NCBI GenBank assembly: GCA_030390025.1
Contig: CM059433.1
Location: forward strand, 17,672,001 to 17,736,000
Reading direction: 5' to 3'
Origin: Squalus acanthias
Lineage: Eukaryota
Length of the DNA stretch: 64,000 bases
Both the position numbers and the translations under genes were made by a program. Positions 37,150 to 48,522 of this stretch are shown here, piece by piece; positions within the stretch are counted from its first letter, which is position 1; each line of letters begins with the position of its first letter. Below the pieces are notes generated by a model. It searched no databases, was not told the origin of the DNA, and worked only from the letters and a program-made list of their open reading frames with translations.

Positions 37150-38034
37150 GGAATGTAAGTTGTGAGGAGGCTTCAAGGAGGCTTCAAGGGGATATAGACA
37201 ACCTAAGTGAGTGGGCAAGAACATGGCAAATGGAATATAATGTGGAGAAATGTGAAGTTATCCACTTTGGTAGGAGAAATAGAAATGGTGAGAGATTGGG
37301 AAATGTTGGTGTTCAGAGGGACCTGGGTGTCCTTGTACACGAATCACTGAAAGTTAATATGCAGGTACAGCAAGCAATTAGGAAAGCAAATGATATGTTG
37401 GCCTTTATTACAAGAGGATTTGAGTATAAGAGTAAAGATGTCTTCCTGCAATTATATAGGGCCCTGGTGAGACCACACTTGGAGTATTGTGTATAGTTTT
37501 GGTCTCTTTACCTATACTTGCCATAGAGGGAGTGCAACAAAGGTTCACCAGACTGGTTCCTGGGATGGGGGGATTGTCCTATGAGGAGAGATTGAGTAGA
37601 TTGAGTAGACTAGGCCTATATTCTCTAGAGTTTAGAAGAATGAGAGGTGATCTCATTGAAACATACAAAATTCTTACAGGGCTTGACAGGGTAGATGCAG
37701 GGAGGATGTTTCCCCTGGCTGGGGAGTCTAGAACCAGAGGTCATAGTCTCAGAATAAGGGATCGGCCATTTAGGACTGAGATGAGGAGAAATTTCTTCAC
37801 TCAGAGGGTGGTGAATCTTTGGAATTCTCTACCCCAGAGGGTTGTGGAGGCTCAGTCGTTGAGTATATCCAAGACAGAGATCGATAGATTTTTGAATATT
37901 AAAGGAATCAAGGGATATGGGGATAGTGCAGGAAAGTGGAGATGAGGTAGAAGATCAGCCATGATCTTATTGAATGGCGGAGCAGGCTCGAAGGGCCAAA
38001 TGGCCTACTCCTGCTGGTATTTCTTACGTTCTTA
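37150..38034 (+). mobile_element. CR1 LINE 3' fragment nested in Harbinger
   Basis: WQMEYNVEKCEVIHFG...[13 protein letters not shown] 37487..37945, CR1 3'UTR. The host sequence resumes at TTCTCCCAGTCATGCT. Confidence 0.94.
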
Positions 38035-38266
38035 TTCTCCCAGTCATGCTCAATGCCAAGAAGAAGCCCTACTAGGCCACCCATGTCTGGAAGCAACTGG
38101 TTTGTACACAAGCCTTTAAGTCACCAAAAAAGTACATCAACGCCAGATAGACCACTCTGTGTAGATAATTGAAACTTTTAACAAGTATGGAAAAGCACCC
38201 AAAACGTATAGAATTGCAGCAACAACCAGAAGAAATAATCCAGCAACCAAACTGTAAGTAGTTGAT

Positions 38267-38402
38267 AACAACAGAAAACGCTGGAAAAACTCAGCAGGCC
38301 AGGCAGCATCCGTGGAGAGAGAAACAGGCCTGCTGAGTTTTTCCAGCGTTTTCTGTTGTTATTTCGGATTTCCAGCATCCGCAGTATTTTGCTATCGTAT
38401 CG
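38267..38402. mobile_element. Penelope-like family 1 collapsed inverted insertion, 14-bp TSD, hammerhead lost
   Basis: TGTAAGTAGTTGAT at 38253-66 and 38403-16. Both ends match the ends of 44871-46243. Confidence 0.88.
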
Positions 38403-38931
38403 TGTAAGTAGTTGATGATCCCTTTAAAAAGCGCCGGTGGGCGGTTCCTTCATGCCGTTGAACGTGTGTTCAGCTGTGGGAGGTTAAGAGAGGGCGTAGG
38501 CTGGAGCTATAAAATGGCATCACTGGCGTCAAATCAGCATCGCACGTTTATGTTTAATTATATTTGTGTAATTCTATCCAAATAGCACACTGTTCTTTCT
38601 GTACGGGAACCTGGGTTTGAATCCACAAGACTAATGGATGGCTTCTCCTCTCTCTGTTCCCACTGGGTACAATATGGGTACAGTAGCCTAGTGGTTACGG
38701 TACTGGGTTGAATTCAACAAATCTAGTCATTTGTGGAGTGGCATGAAATGGCCAGTTAGATTCGGCAGTAGGTGACAGGACTGGTCGTGTGCCAGGCGCA
38801 CTATTTGGGGGAAGGCCATCACTGGCAGAAGCAAGGGTGGTGTTGAGTTGGTCAACAGAGCTGGCAGTAGGGCCAATGGAGAGGGAGTTGGTAATTGGAG
38901 AGTGCACTGGTGAGTTAGGTTTAAATGGTTT

Positions 38932-39215
38932 AAAGTCTTCTCCATCTGCTGGCTGTAAGGAGGCTATGTCAAAACAGTTTGGCCAGTCTCAATCTAGTTG
39001 CTAATGGACATGGGTCCACAATATAAAACTGCTCCTAATTCAGTTAAAATTGCCATTTACATGCTAGTTTCATTGGAGAGCTGGAGGCTGACTTATGGGG
39101 AATGGGGGAATAAAATCACAGCAATACACCGAGATGGTCTTCTGAGGTGTGGGACGGAGGCAAAGTAAAATGTCTTTACTCAGTACCAAACTATGCTGCA
39201 CCTGACCTGGGCACA
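38932..39215 (+). mobile_element. LF-SINE-like ancient SINE body
   Basis: AAAGTCTTCTCCATCTGCTGGCTGT...GTCTCAATCTAGTTGCTAATGGACATGGGTCCACAATATAAAAC resembles the LF-SINE consensus as I recall it. Not searched. Confidence 0.55.
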
Positions 39216-40118
39216 CTTAATGGCGTTACTGGGCACCTAAAATAAAAATGGAAAGTGTTTCATTCTTCAAGAAAAAAACAGCTTTGATGAGCAAAACATT
39301 CATGCAAAAAAAAAAATTAAAAATCACCAAAGACAAAACTGCAACTCTGAGGCTCTGGGTTTTATTTCGAAGTTTTCTTTTCATCAGACACAATTGCAGG
39401 CCTGTTCCCAATCCAGTGTGATCCCCAGTCACATATGTAGTATGAATGTGAATGAGGGCCAGTAACTGTTTACAAGGAATTCCACATTTTAATGTTCTGG
39501 TGGACCATATGGACATTGGCAGGTGAGAGAAATGGTTGGCACAGTCACACTGACATATTTAAACTTCAGCGATAGAAAATATTAAAAAATCAATTTGCAG
39601 CAGCAGTTGCCTGTAGTTAATGTCAGCTGAAAATCTGCCGCCACCAGTCAGTGCAAAAACCCAGCCCGCTGTGCTGCTGCCAGCCCTCCTGAGCAGCACC
39701 GATCCTGCTGGATTTTCATCTTTCAGGAACATAGTGGGATGTAGGTAAACAGACAGCAGGTTCCGCTAAATCTATTTGGTGCGTGCTCATCATTCTTCAC
39801 TGTGGCCAAGAAGGAGAGTCGCAGACTTGTGCAGGTGTAGGTTTAGTTCCAGTTTCAAGAATCGAACTACACCGCTGCCAGCGCAAAAGGAAAATTGGGC
39901 TTTAGTATTTTAAACTTCAACCAGACTGAATCAGAACAGTGCACCAATAGTTATTGGGCGATCTGAGAGGACCTCCTGTTGATAGTGAGCAATCCTGTAA
40001 ATAGGGAGAATGATTCTATCACTAAAGCAAATTAAATCTCCCAATGAAAAAGATGAAAATGGGAATTGCCATACCAGCATTTTGTCAAAGTTCCTGGAAA
40101 ATTTTAGTACACTCAATT

Positions 40119-40244
40119 GGGGTAGATCTTGACTTTGTGCGATAGTGTAAAACGGGTGATGATGAGTCGGCAGACCGTTTTGTATCTCTCCTGATTTTTA
40201 TTTCCATTGACTTCAATGGAAACCACAAAGTCAAGACCTACCGC
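40119..40244. mobile_element. Short palindromic Harbinger-type MITE
   Basis: GGGGTAGATCTTGACTTTGTG / CACAAAGTCAAGACCTACCGC, central TTTCCATTGACTTCAATGGAAA. Partial relatives at 6030-6110 and 43765-43850. Confidence 0.75.
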
Positions 40245-41430
40245 AATCGGTCCATCTACCTGTAGTACTTTAATGTATGAGATTTATTTCTGTGTTTTTT
40301 TTAATCTAAAATAAAAACTTATTCAGATACAAGGCAGCTTTCTGTCGTTACTCATAATCCACGATGAATGAGTTCAGGATTAATCGACGTAAGAATTATT
40401 GCTAATGTGGGCAGCCAGCAACCCATTATTCCCGCACTAATGCATTTCTAAAGTCTGACTTTAATCAGCTTGAGATTTACAGAAATATTTACTAACCTGG
40501 TAATTTAAAAAAATGTCAAAGCTTGATAGAAGCAAATAAATCTTTGAACGATTCACTCAATCTTTTGTTGTGAAAACATGTAAATTTTATGAAAGTGATT
40601 AGAGCCATTTACTGTAATTTGTTACGATATAATACAATGGTCTTGCACACATTCTTCTGTTATGGTGCTATTTTTGGGACTGGTTGCTATTTGAAGCCGG
40701 CAATGTTGAATTCTAACTCCAGGGTCGTGAAATAAAATTTGACCTTTAAACAATCCTCCCCACACCAGATCAGTCCTCTGGACAATCTATTCCATTCCCA
40801 TATCACTCTCCGAGAAATAAACCCCTCCCACCTTGAAATAATATCTGCACTTTTACAGCATTTTATCTGAAGCATGAAATAAGTGGTTGATTTTTTGTAG
40901 CATGCTAGCTTCACCTCACCCCCTTAGAGGAGCTGGTTTTTTGTGGATTTTAATATTTGAATGCCTTGAGGATAATGTTTCTGTATTCCAGTCCTGAAAA
41001 TATTGATTAGTGATGGTGTGAACAAAACTGTTGATTCTGATAATTATAAAAAGATAAAAATAAATGTTTAAATAATGTTTGGTGCAGGGCTGGATGCATT
41101 AATAACAAATTATGGTCATAAATGGGCTTCATATTTAATTTATGATTCCAATTTGTGGTCTGCACACTTTGCTATAGATTGTGCTGTTCAACAGAGATCT
41201 TATCACCGTTAACGAGATCTGTGCAAAGATTACATTCTTGTCGCGAGCTCTGCTCACCATCATCCAAATCATGCTTCAGCCTTTAATGTTAGCGGACAGC
41301 ACATTGATCTAATGGTAAGTCTAAAATAAATGAAGTCTAAAATGTTCCCAGTTTAGCAACTTCTTAAAAAAAAAAGCAGAAAATTCTGGGATACACAACA
41401 GGTCAGTCAGCTTCTGTACAGAGATATTGT

Positions 41431-42949
41431 GCCCTAGAAATTCGATAAGCTGGAAACCTGCTGGTGCCACCGTGGGCCAATGTTACCGGCCGCCCGTAAT
41501 AATAGCACAGGCAGCACCGGTATTTTGGTGCTGCCTGCTGATAAACGTTAGTGCAGCGCAAAACCTGGAATGCAACACTCTTTTTCCAGTGGTAGTCTCA
41601 GCAGGAGGCCCAATTTAGCGTGGCCGTGGCATCCCTGGAGCAAGGCAGCGTTCTCTTAAAGCTAGCCTCTCATTTTAGAAAGCAGCATCGATCCCTTAAA
41701 GGGGAACTGCCTTCTAAAATGAAAAAAATTAATATCATTTGAAAATAGGCAGTCTTTAGCCCTTAGAGCTCAACTGCCATCTGAAAAGAAATTAAAAATA
41801 ATTCCCCAGTCAGTGGTTGACCAAGAAGAGGGAGAGGTGAGTCCAGAAGAAGAAGTAGAAACACCCTCACTCGATTTCACGCTCCCAGCCACCAGCTCCT
41901 CGAGGTCATCCTGCAAGGCCATTTGCAGTGTCCCCCACTGAAAGTCAGCAGCCTTCCACCAGCCATGCTACAGCCACTGGGGTAGCACTGCGTGACATCA
42001 CTAGGATAGGCAAAGGCACACACAAAACAGTCACTAAGGGAATGCGCAAGGGTGATTCATTGATTTCTTGATGTCATATTGGATGGATAGATATATAAAG
42101 ATGGATTGGAAAGGTTGCCTTGTGGTGTCTTTTATTTCAGCATTGTGGTCAAGAGGTCGCTGTGATGGTCAGTAACAGAGGGAAGGTAAGGTGTGGGACA
42201 AATGTTGAAAGGGGAATTGGGGTTATGGTCACTGGTACTGCAGGCAGATGATTCCTTCCTGGATATTCCTGCCAGAAAGGGGCTGTCTGAGCTGCATCCT
42301 TCCTTCCGCTTCCTCCCCTTCTGCTTCTTCCTCTTCCTTCTGCGAGCGTATGCTGGAAATCTGCAATAAAAGCAGAAACTACTGGAAATACTCAGCCGGT
42401 CAGGCAGCATCTTGAGCTGAGATGTGACTCTGTTTCTCTCTTCGTGAATGCTGCCTGACTGCTGAGTATTTCCAGCATTTTCTGTCTTTTCAGAGGCCTT
42501 CCTTTACAATCTGAAGCCTTGCAAGTATCCAGCAGCACTCCCTGCACACTTTAAAAATTTTTAACATCTATTGTACCAAGCCACTACTTCAATAAAATAT
42601 TTAAAAAAGTCCAACAGCTAAATCCAGACTTACCTGAAAGATGTGTGTGTCCCTTTAAGAAGGGCTGACAGCGTTGCTGGAGGACTGCTTCACGCACGCT
42701 TTTCTGTGCGGGCTTAGGACCCGGTGTTATGATGTACGAAAATGTCCAAGTTGCCAGTGGTGGCATCAAGTCAGGCGTTGCACCCCAATTGAGGTCCCGC
42801 TCTGCTAATTTACATTTCAGGGGCTAGCTATGGCAGCGCTATGGCCCTTGCCAAAATGGCGGCTGCCGTGTCCCTGCCTGAGGTGGCTGCCATTTTTTTC
42901 CAGAGAACCAGCGTTAAAGGCCTGCGCTAAGGTAAGAAATTTCTAGGCC
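41431..42949. mobile_element. Non-autonomous Harbinger derivative
   Basis: GCCCTAGAAATT / AATTTCTAGGCC, TSD TGT. Remnants of Myb exon 3 and the transposase C-terminus at 41805-42345. Confidence 0.9.
42350..42490. mobile_element. Penelope-like family 1 collapsed inverted terminus nested in Harbinger
   Basis: TGCTGGAAATCTGCAATAAAAGCAGAAA...GGCAGCATC / ATGCTGCCTGACTGCTGAGTATTTCCAGCATTTTCTG. Confidence 0.75.
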
Positions 42950-43941
42950 TGTATCTGTTGTATCAGACATTATCGGAATGCGTCATCCGCCATATTGGTA
43001 TTGGGAACGAGGCATCCAGGGCCCACGCCTGAAGCACACATTAGACCCTTTGCATATGCAAATTAGGGGCCTAACTGCTGTTTCAGGCCCCCTTTCTAAA
43101 ATTGGGCTGCCCTGAATGCAGCTGTTGCTGGGCCGGCTGCCCTCATGAAAATCATGTCTACATCCGTCTTTATCAGACTTTTTAGCATTTGCTCTGCATC
43201 GGTTGCAGTTCTACCACAGTTGGTATGAAGCAGAAGTGGTGTGAGGCCTTCCTTATGACCTGGTATCATTATCTGGTATCTGTGTTCAAATCGCATCCTA
43301 GATTTCACTTTGGGGAGTAGTACGATACGTAGTCTATTCCACGAGTGAGAAAGACAACAGCCCTCACAGTAAGGCATGAACTTCTTAATGGCAAGTTAAT
43401 AGGACAATTGTAAAGTAGAGAACAGAAAAGTTAATGCATCACATTGATTTAACTCCGTCTGATGATGTGTTTACAATTTGCACTGCGACAGACTGCTTTT
43501 CTTCAATGTCTGGAAGGTTACAAACTATAGGTAAAACCGACCGACAACACGTGTAATATTACTTCTGACCCAAAAAACAATTAAGTCCAGGATGTCATAG
43601 TCTTCAACCTCAATGGGTAACATTTCACGTATGATACTCCCACTCTTCCTGCAGACTTGCATCCTGGTGATGCAAAGTATTTGATCACTTTTGTTTCTGC
43701 TTTTTCCTAGAGCTATCAGTTCCTATTTGAACCTTATATCTGCCCATTGGGATAAACTCTGTGAGGGTAATTTTGACTTTGGGCGATAGTGTAAAATGGA
43801 CAATATCAGATCAGCCGCCCGTTATACATCCCTCCCGATTTTCATTTCGACATAAAAAGAATTGAACATTGAAGGCAGTTGAGTTGCCTACTCATTCCAT
43901 AAAAAAACAAAGCTTTTGAAACAGGTTGTTGCAAGAAAATT

Positions 43942-44106
43942 ATAGAAACATAGAAATATAGAAAATAGGTGCAGGAGTAGACCATTCGGTCCTTCGAGCC
44001 TGCACCGCCATTCAATGCATTCATGGCTGAACATGCTACCTCAGTACCCCATTCCTGCTTTCTCGCCATACCCCTTGATCCCCCTAGTTGTGAGTGTTAT
44101 ATCTAA
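43942..44106 (-). mobile_element. CR1 3' end fragment
   Basis: (ATAGAAAC/T) tail and 3'UTR homologous to 33880-34040. Confidence 0.88.
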
Positions 44107-44930
44107 CCAGCCAGGGTTATTGCTCCTGGGTGCTATCTGTTAACCCTTGTTGGAAATGTGCTTTGTGAGGATGTTGAGATGAGGATTGGATTGGGCTTGG
44201 TTCTGATACTCCTCATTGCTGAGTAGCCTGCTGATGCCCATTCTCCACACATATATAGAATGGCGGCTTCAGCAAGGGACCAACCAGAAGGCTGCCAGAA
44301 ACCGTTGAAAGATATCCCACTATAATTTACCACTTTTGATGGAGCAGGGGGGGAAGAGGTAAGGCTTCAGCTGTGGCACATTGCCATTATTCAAATAAAA
44401 AATGTCATGTTTGTGTTTTATGAAGATAACCTAATTCCCCGAATGATCTGCTAATTGGGACGAAATTCAACAGGATGTTGTTGCACTTTTGAAATTACCC
44501 ATAGGAAATTAAACATGACTACTGAGGCACGACTCTTGTGACCGAGGGAATTATAGAGCAGGTAGTTGCTAATGTTTTCTTCCCAGGAAACCAGCGTTTA
44601 AACTTGCAACATTTAACATCGGGATTCTACTGTCTTGTGCTCAGTGACTGAGGATATAATTGAGATAATTTCAATTCAAGACTTGCTAAATGGTGTAAGA
44701 AATCAAGATGAGCCAAGGAGTGGGTATCAACAAGAAAGGGTTGATAGAAACTAAATGGAGCACTTGGATAGAAGAGTGGCAATTGGTATTCAGTATTGAC
44801 AAATGTAAAGTCCTAAAAGAATATTAAACATTACATATGAGTACTCCTTGACCACAGAGTAGAAGAAAGAACAACAGAAAACGGTGGAAAAACTCAGCAG
44901 GCCAGGCAGCATCCGTGGAGAGAGAAAGAG

Positions 44931-44967
44931 AGTTAACGTTTCAGGTCGATGACCTTTCGTCAGAACT
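44931..44967 (-). ncRNA. Minimal hammerhead ribozyme motif (family 1)
   Basis: RC is AGTT-CTGACGA-A-AGGTC-ATC-GACCT-GAA-ACGT-T-AACT. Confidence 0.75.
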
Positions 44968-45237
44968 GTGAAGAGCCGGAAATCAAATAGATTTAAGGCC
45001 AGAGTAAAGCTGGGAAAAGGGGGAGGGGATAAAAGAACAAAGGGGGAGATGAAGAGACATTAAGAGATATGCAAGGCTAGAGGTGGTGTTAATGTGACAG
45101 ATTAAGGCTGAAAGAAGTGTGAAATCCACTGGCAGAATGAAGGACAGCTGCCAGCTTCTAGGAGGAAAAAAAAGGTGGGGGGGGGGGGCAAATAAAAGGG
45201 TGGAAAAAATAAAATATAAATGTGATTGGAGCTGAGG

Positions 45238-45620
45238 TTATGATCTAAAATTGTTGAACTCGATATTGAGTCCAGAGGGCTGTAGCGTGCCTAAACGAAA
45301 GATGAGGTGCTGTTCCTCGAGCTTACGCTGCGCTTCCGTGGAACAGTGTAATAGGCCGAGGACGGTGAGGTCAGAGTGGGAGTGAAGCGGTGAATTAAAG
45401 TGACAGGCCACCGGGAGCTTGGTGTCCCCCTTACGGACTGAACGGAGGTGTTCCGCAAAGCGGTCACCCAATCTGCGTTTGGTCTCCCCAATGTAGAGGA
45501 GACCACATCGTGAGCAGCGAATACAGTATACTAAATTGCAGGAAGTACAAGTAAATCGCTGTTTCACCTGGAAGGGGTGTTTGGGGCCCTGGACAGTGGG
45601 AAGAGGGGAGGTATAAGGGC
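45238..45620 (-). pseudogene. GIY-YIG endonuclease C-terminus of Penelope-like ORF (5'-truncated)
   Basis: FTCTSCNLVYCIRCSRCGLLYIGETKRRLGDRFAEH...VACHF...LEEQHLIFRLGTLQPSGLN. Confidence 0.93.
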
Positions 45621-45624
45621 ATGT

Positions 45625-45830
45625 GTTCAGTCCGTAAGGGGGACCCCGAGCTCCCAGTGGCCTGTCACTTTAATTCACCGCTTCACTCCCACTCTGACCT
45701 CACCGTCCTCGGCCTATTACACTGTTCCACGGAAGCGCAGCGTAAGCTCGAGGAACAGCACCTCATCTTTCGTTTAGGCACGCTACAGCCCTCTGGACTC
45801 AATATCGAGTTCAACAATTTTAGATCATAA
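45625..45830 (+). pseudogene. Inverted second copy of the GIY-YIG C-terminal end
   Basis: The 69-aa ORF 45621..45830 is almost identical to the end of 45238..45567. By my reading of the sequence it lies on the + strand. Confidence 0.85.
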
Positions 45831-46109
45831 CCTCAGCTCCAATCACATTTATATTTTATTTTTTCCACCCTTTTATTTGCCCCCCCCCCCACCTTTTTTT
45901 TCCTCCTAGAAGCTGGCAGCTGTCCTTCATTCTGCCAGTGGATTTCACACTTCTTTCAGCCTTAATCTGTCACATTAACACCACCTCTAGCCTTGCATAT
46001 CTCTTAATGTCTCTTAATGTCTCTTCATCTCCCCCTTTGTTCTTTTATCCCCTCCCCCTTTTCCCAGCTTTACTCTGGCCTTAAATCTATTTGATTTCCG
46101 GCTCTTCAC

Positions 46110-46146
46110 AGTTCTGACGAAAGGTCATCGACCTGAAACGTTAACT
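46110..46146 (+). ncRNA. Minimal hammerhead ribozyme motif (family 1)
   Basis: AGTT-CTGACGA-A-AGGTC-ATC-GACCT-GAA-ACGT-T-AACT: stem I AGTT/AACT, stem II AGGTC/GACCT, palindromic ACGT stem III. Confidence 0.75.
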
Positions 46147-46809
46147 CTCTTTCTCTCTCCACGATGCTGCCTGGCCTGCTGAGTTTTTCCAGCGTTTTCT
46201 GTTGTTATTTCAGATTTCCAGCATCCGCAGTATTTTGCTATCGGAGTAGAAGAAAGACTTGGGTACGATAATTACCCATTGCATATGATCCAGTAATTTG
46301 AGATAGTGATTGCTAAACTTAACAGAGTTGTATTGCCAGACCTATGGGGTATAAGTTCATGGAAGTAACAATGACATTTTTATAGATTATTAGTGCCACC
46401 ACATTCAGAGTATTGCACCCAGTTCTGACAGAGAGCATGTCGAGCATTGGAAGGTATAGAGAAGGAAAAGTATAATTTTTTTTTCTGCTGAGTTTTAGTT
46501 ATGAGGAGGGGCTTAATCAGTTACCAATATTTTCTTTCTTCAATTCTTCCTCTGATAGTCTCCCTTGTTCTTCCTTTACTAAAGTGAATGACTCAAACTA
46601 GTGTATGGTTCCACGGGTGTTGGTCCCCAAGTAACAATTCTTGTGAAGTTACTTTAATTGCAAATCCAGAAAATTGTCTTCGGTGAAAAGAAGTTGGATC
46701 ACATAAATACTATTACAAAAGTAAGACTGTAAATAAATTGTTGTAGCCAGAGCTGAACTATGGATCGTCAGTCATGATGCTTGTCAAAGAACCCAAAGAA
46801 AAAGATACC

Positions 46810-47575
46810 AGCCCCGATTTTATGGTGGGACCGGATCGGTCCGAGCAACAAGCTCTCCATGTCGGAGCCTGGAGATGTTTTAATTCCTGGGCCTCATTTT
46901 AATATTCAGGCCCCCGACCTCCCGCCCGAACCTGGCAGAAATCACTGCCTGGCCGATGGGCAGCAGCGGGAATTTGGGCGGTAGAAGGCTGCTGCCGGGG
47001 ACCCGCACAAACAGTCCCCGGGAGTCAGCTCAGTGGTGAGGGAATCGGGGCCTGAATATTAAAAAAATGAGGCCCGGGAATCAAAGACCAATAAGCTTGG
47101 TTGGAGTAGAGTTGCATCCAGACGCGATCGGGGGTGGTGAGGTGGTTGTTGCGGGAAGCCCGGGGCAAGGGAGGCCCAAGGTATCCTTTGTGGGACCCCC
47201 GGAGGAGCACTCCTGACCTTCTTGGTCCACAAGGAAACTAAAAAGAAAAAAAATGGAAACCTTGTGCTTTGCTGGGCCTCTTCTGGCCCTCGATCCAGCT
47301 CCTGGCAGGTTTGACCGAGCGGGGAAACCATCACTGCTGCCCCGCTCAGGCCTTCTGTTAAAATCGCAGGTCGGGCCCCGATGATGTCACTGGGGCCCGA
47401 TCTGCATATTTAAAGTGGACCCTGCCTGCTTGGGGCGGGGGTCCTTGCTGCCTGCAACTTAAAATTGCAGTCGGTCAGATTGGGGCGGGAAAGGATTGGA
47501 TAAGTCCCCTACTCCATTTTAAATACCTCGCCGGTCTGATTTCCACCAGGCAGGTGGGGAGTTAAAATCGGGGCC
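46810..47575. mobile_element. Harbinger-type MITE
   Basis: AGCCCCGATTTTA / TAAAATCGGGGCC termini, flanks ACC/ACA. Confidence 0.65.
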
Positions 47576-48098
47576 ACAGATTCCATAGGCACTTATTGTT
47601 ATGTTAATGATATCAGTCTAAATGGATCCCTGCTCCTTGCTGAAGATCCCATTGGGTCTGTCAGCTCCATCGCCAATCTGGTGCAATGTTCCCAGGAGCA
47701 CCTGCTGCATGCAGAGTTGGGACCTGAGACAAGAAGGGCTTCACTAAGCTCCTCTACAACCAGATCTTCACCATCCAGCAGCCAGCTGATGATTCCGCCT
47801 CAGTTAATTGAACTTGTTGTACGACCTGCAATTCACTTTCTTCAGGACAAGGAACAATCCATAAACACAATATGAGCTCCCTAAGAATTATGCTTCTTGA
47901 ATTTGAAAGGCATCCCGAAACACATTTCCGTCCTTTATTCAGTGCCAGTCCATGTTAGCAGATTCCACAGGGAGCCTGAAGTGGGGCTGGGAGTGCAAGC
48001 TTACCCACCAGATAGTACGGAGGGAAATTTGAGGGCAAACAATAAAAGATAGGAGAATGAACTGCAACTCATACACAACCTGATCTCCGCACAAACTA

Positions 48099-48522
48099 CA
48101 GGAAACTTTCGTTTATCCGGCATCGACGGGACCGGCGTGGTGCCGGTTTATCGAAAGTACCGGATAACAGAGAGTTATATCTACCGAGGCTATTTTTAAC
48201 AAAGAGACTCCAAGCAGCACGGGAGAATCTACTCATGCTACTGCAATGTTTCGGACTTGCGACAGCGCCAGGAGGCCGAGTAGTGGCACTTTTGAAAAGT
48301 ACCCCTACTGACTAAATCGGCGTTCGCGGACTCGAACTCGGACTCGGGATCGGCAACATTGCCAGTTATTTGAGAGGATTTTTCGGAGCACTCGGCGTTC
48401 GCGGAGACTCGACTGCGACTCGGCAACATTGCCGGTTATTTGAGAGAGTTTTCGGAGGATGATTTTTGCCGGTTAAGCGAGAATTCCGGATATTTGGGTG
48501 TCGGATAAACGAAAGTTTCCTG
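48099..48522. mobile_element. Tc1/mariner-superfamily (pogo/Tigger-like) MITE
   Basis: 21-bp perfect TIR CAGGAAACTTTCGTTTATCCG, TA TSD on both sides, internal ~40-bp direct repeat. Confidence 0.9.

Larger units (their letters stand above)
35263..38548. mobile_element. Harbinger deletion derivative (Myb gene kept, transposase core lost), with nested CR1 and Penelope-like insertions; right TIR not found
   Basis: Starts GGAGGTGAAATTGG. Colinear with 27534-29360, then jumps at ~37040 to the equivalent of ~30605-31080. Confidence 0.88.
44871..46243. mobile_element. Penelope-like element (family 1), inverted partial-tandem structure, 14-bp TSD
   Basis: Near-identical arms 44871-45443 / 45625-46205, ~38-nt unpaired tail. 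GAGTAGAAGAAAGA at 44857-70 and 46244-57. Confidence 0.94.
44620..46545 (+). mobile_element. Old degraded CR1 fragment hosting the Penelope-like insertion
   Basis: Residual motifs TGGCAA...GACAAATGTAAAGTC (W Q..DKCKV), GAAAGACTTGGG (EKDLG) and GAGTATTGCACCCAGTTC (EYC.QF). Confidence 0.6.

Noticed and set aside
41178..41314. Candidate host exon (AG...ATG|GTAAGT)
   Set aside because: Stops in all three frames and no recognisable protein. A non-coding exon cannot be excluded.
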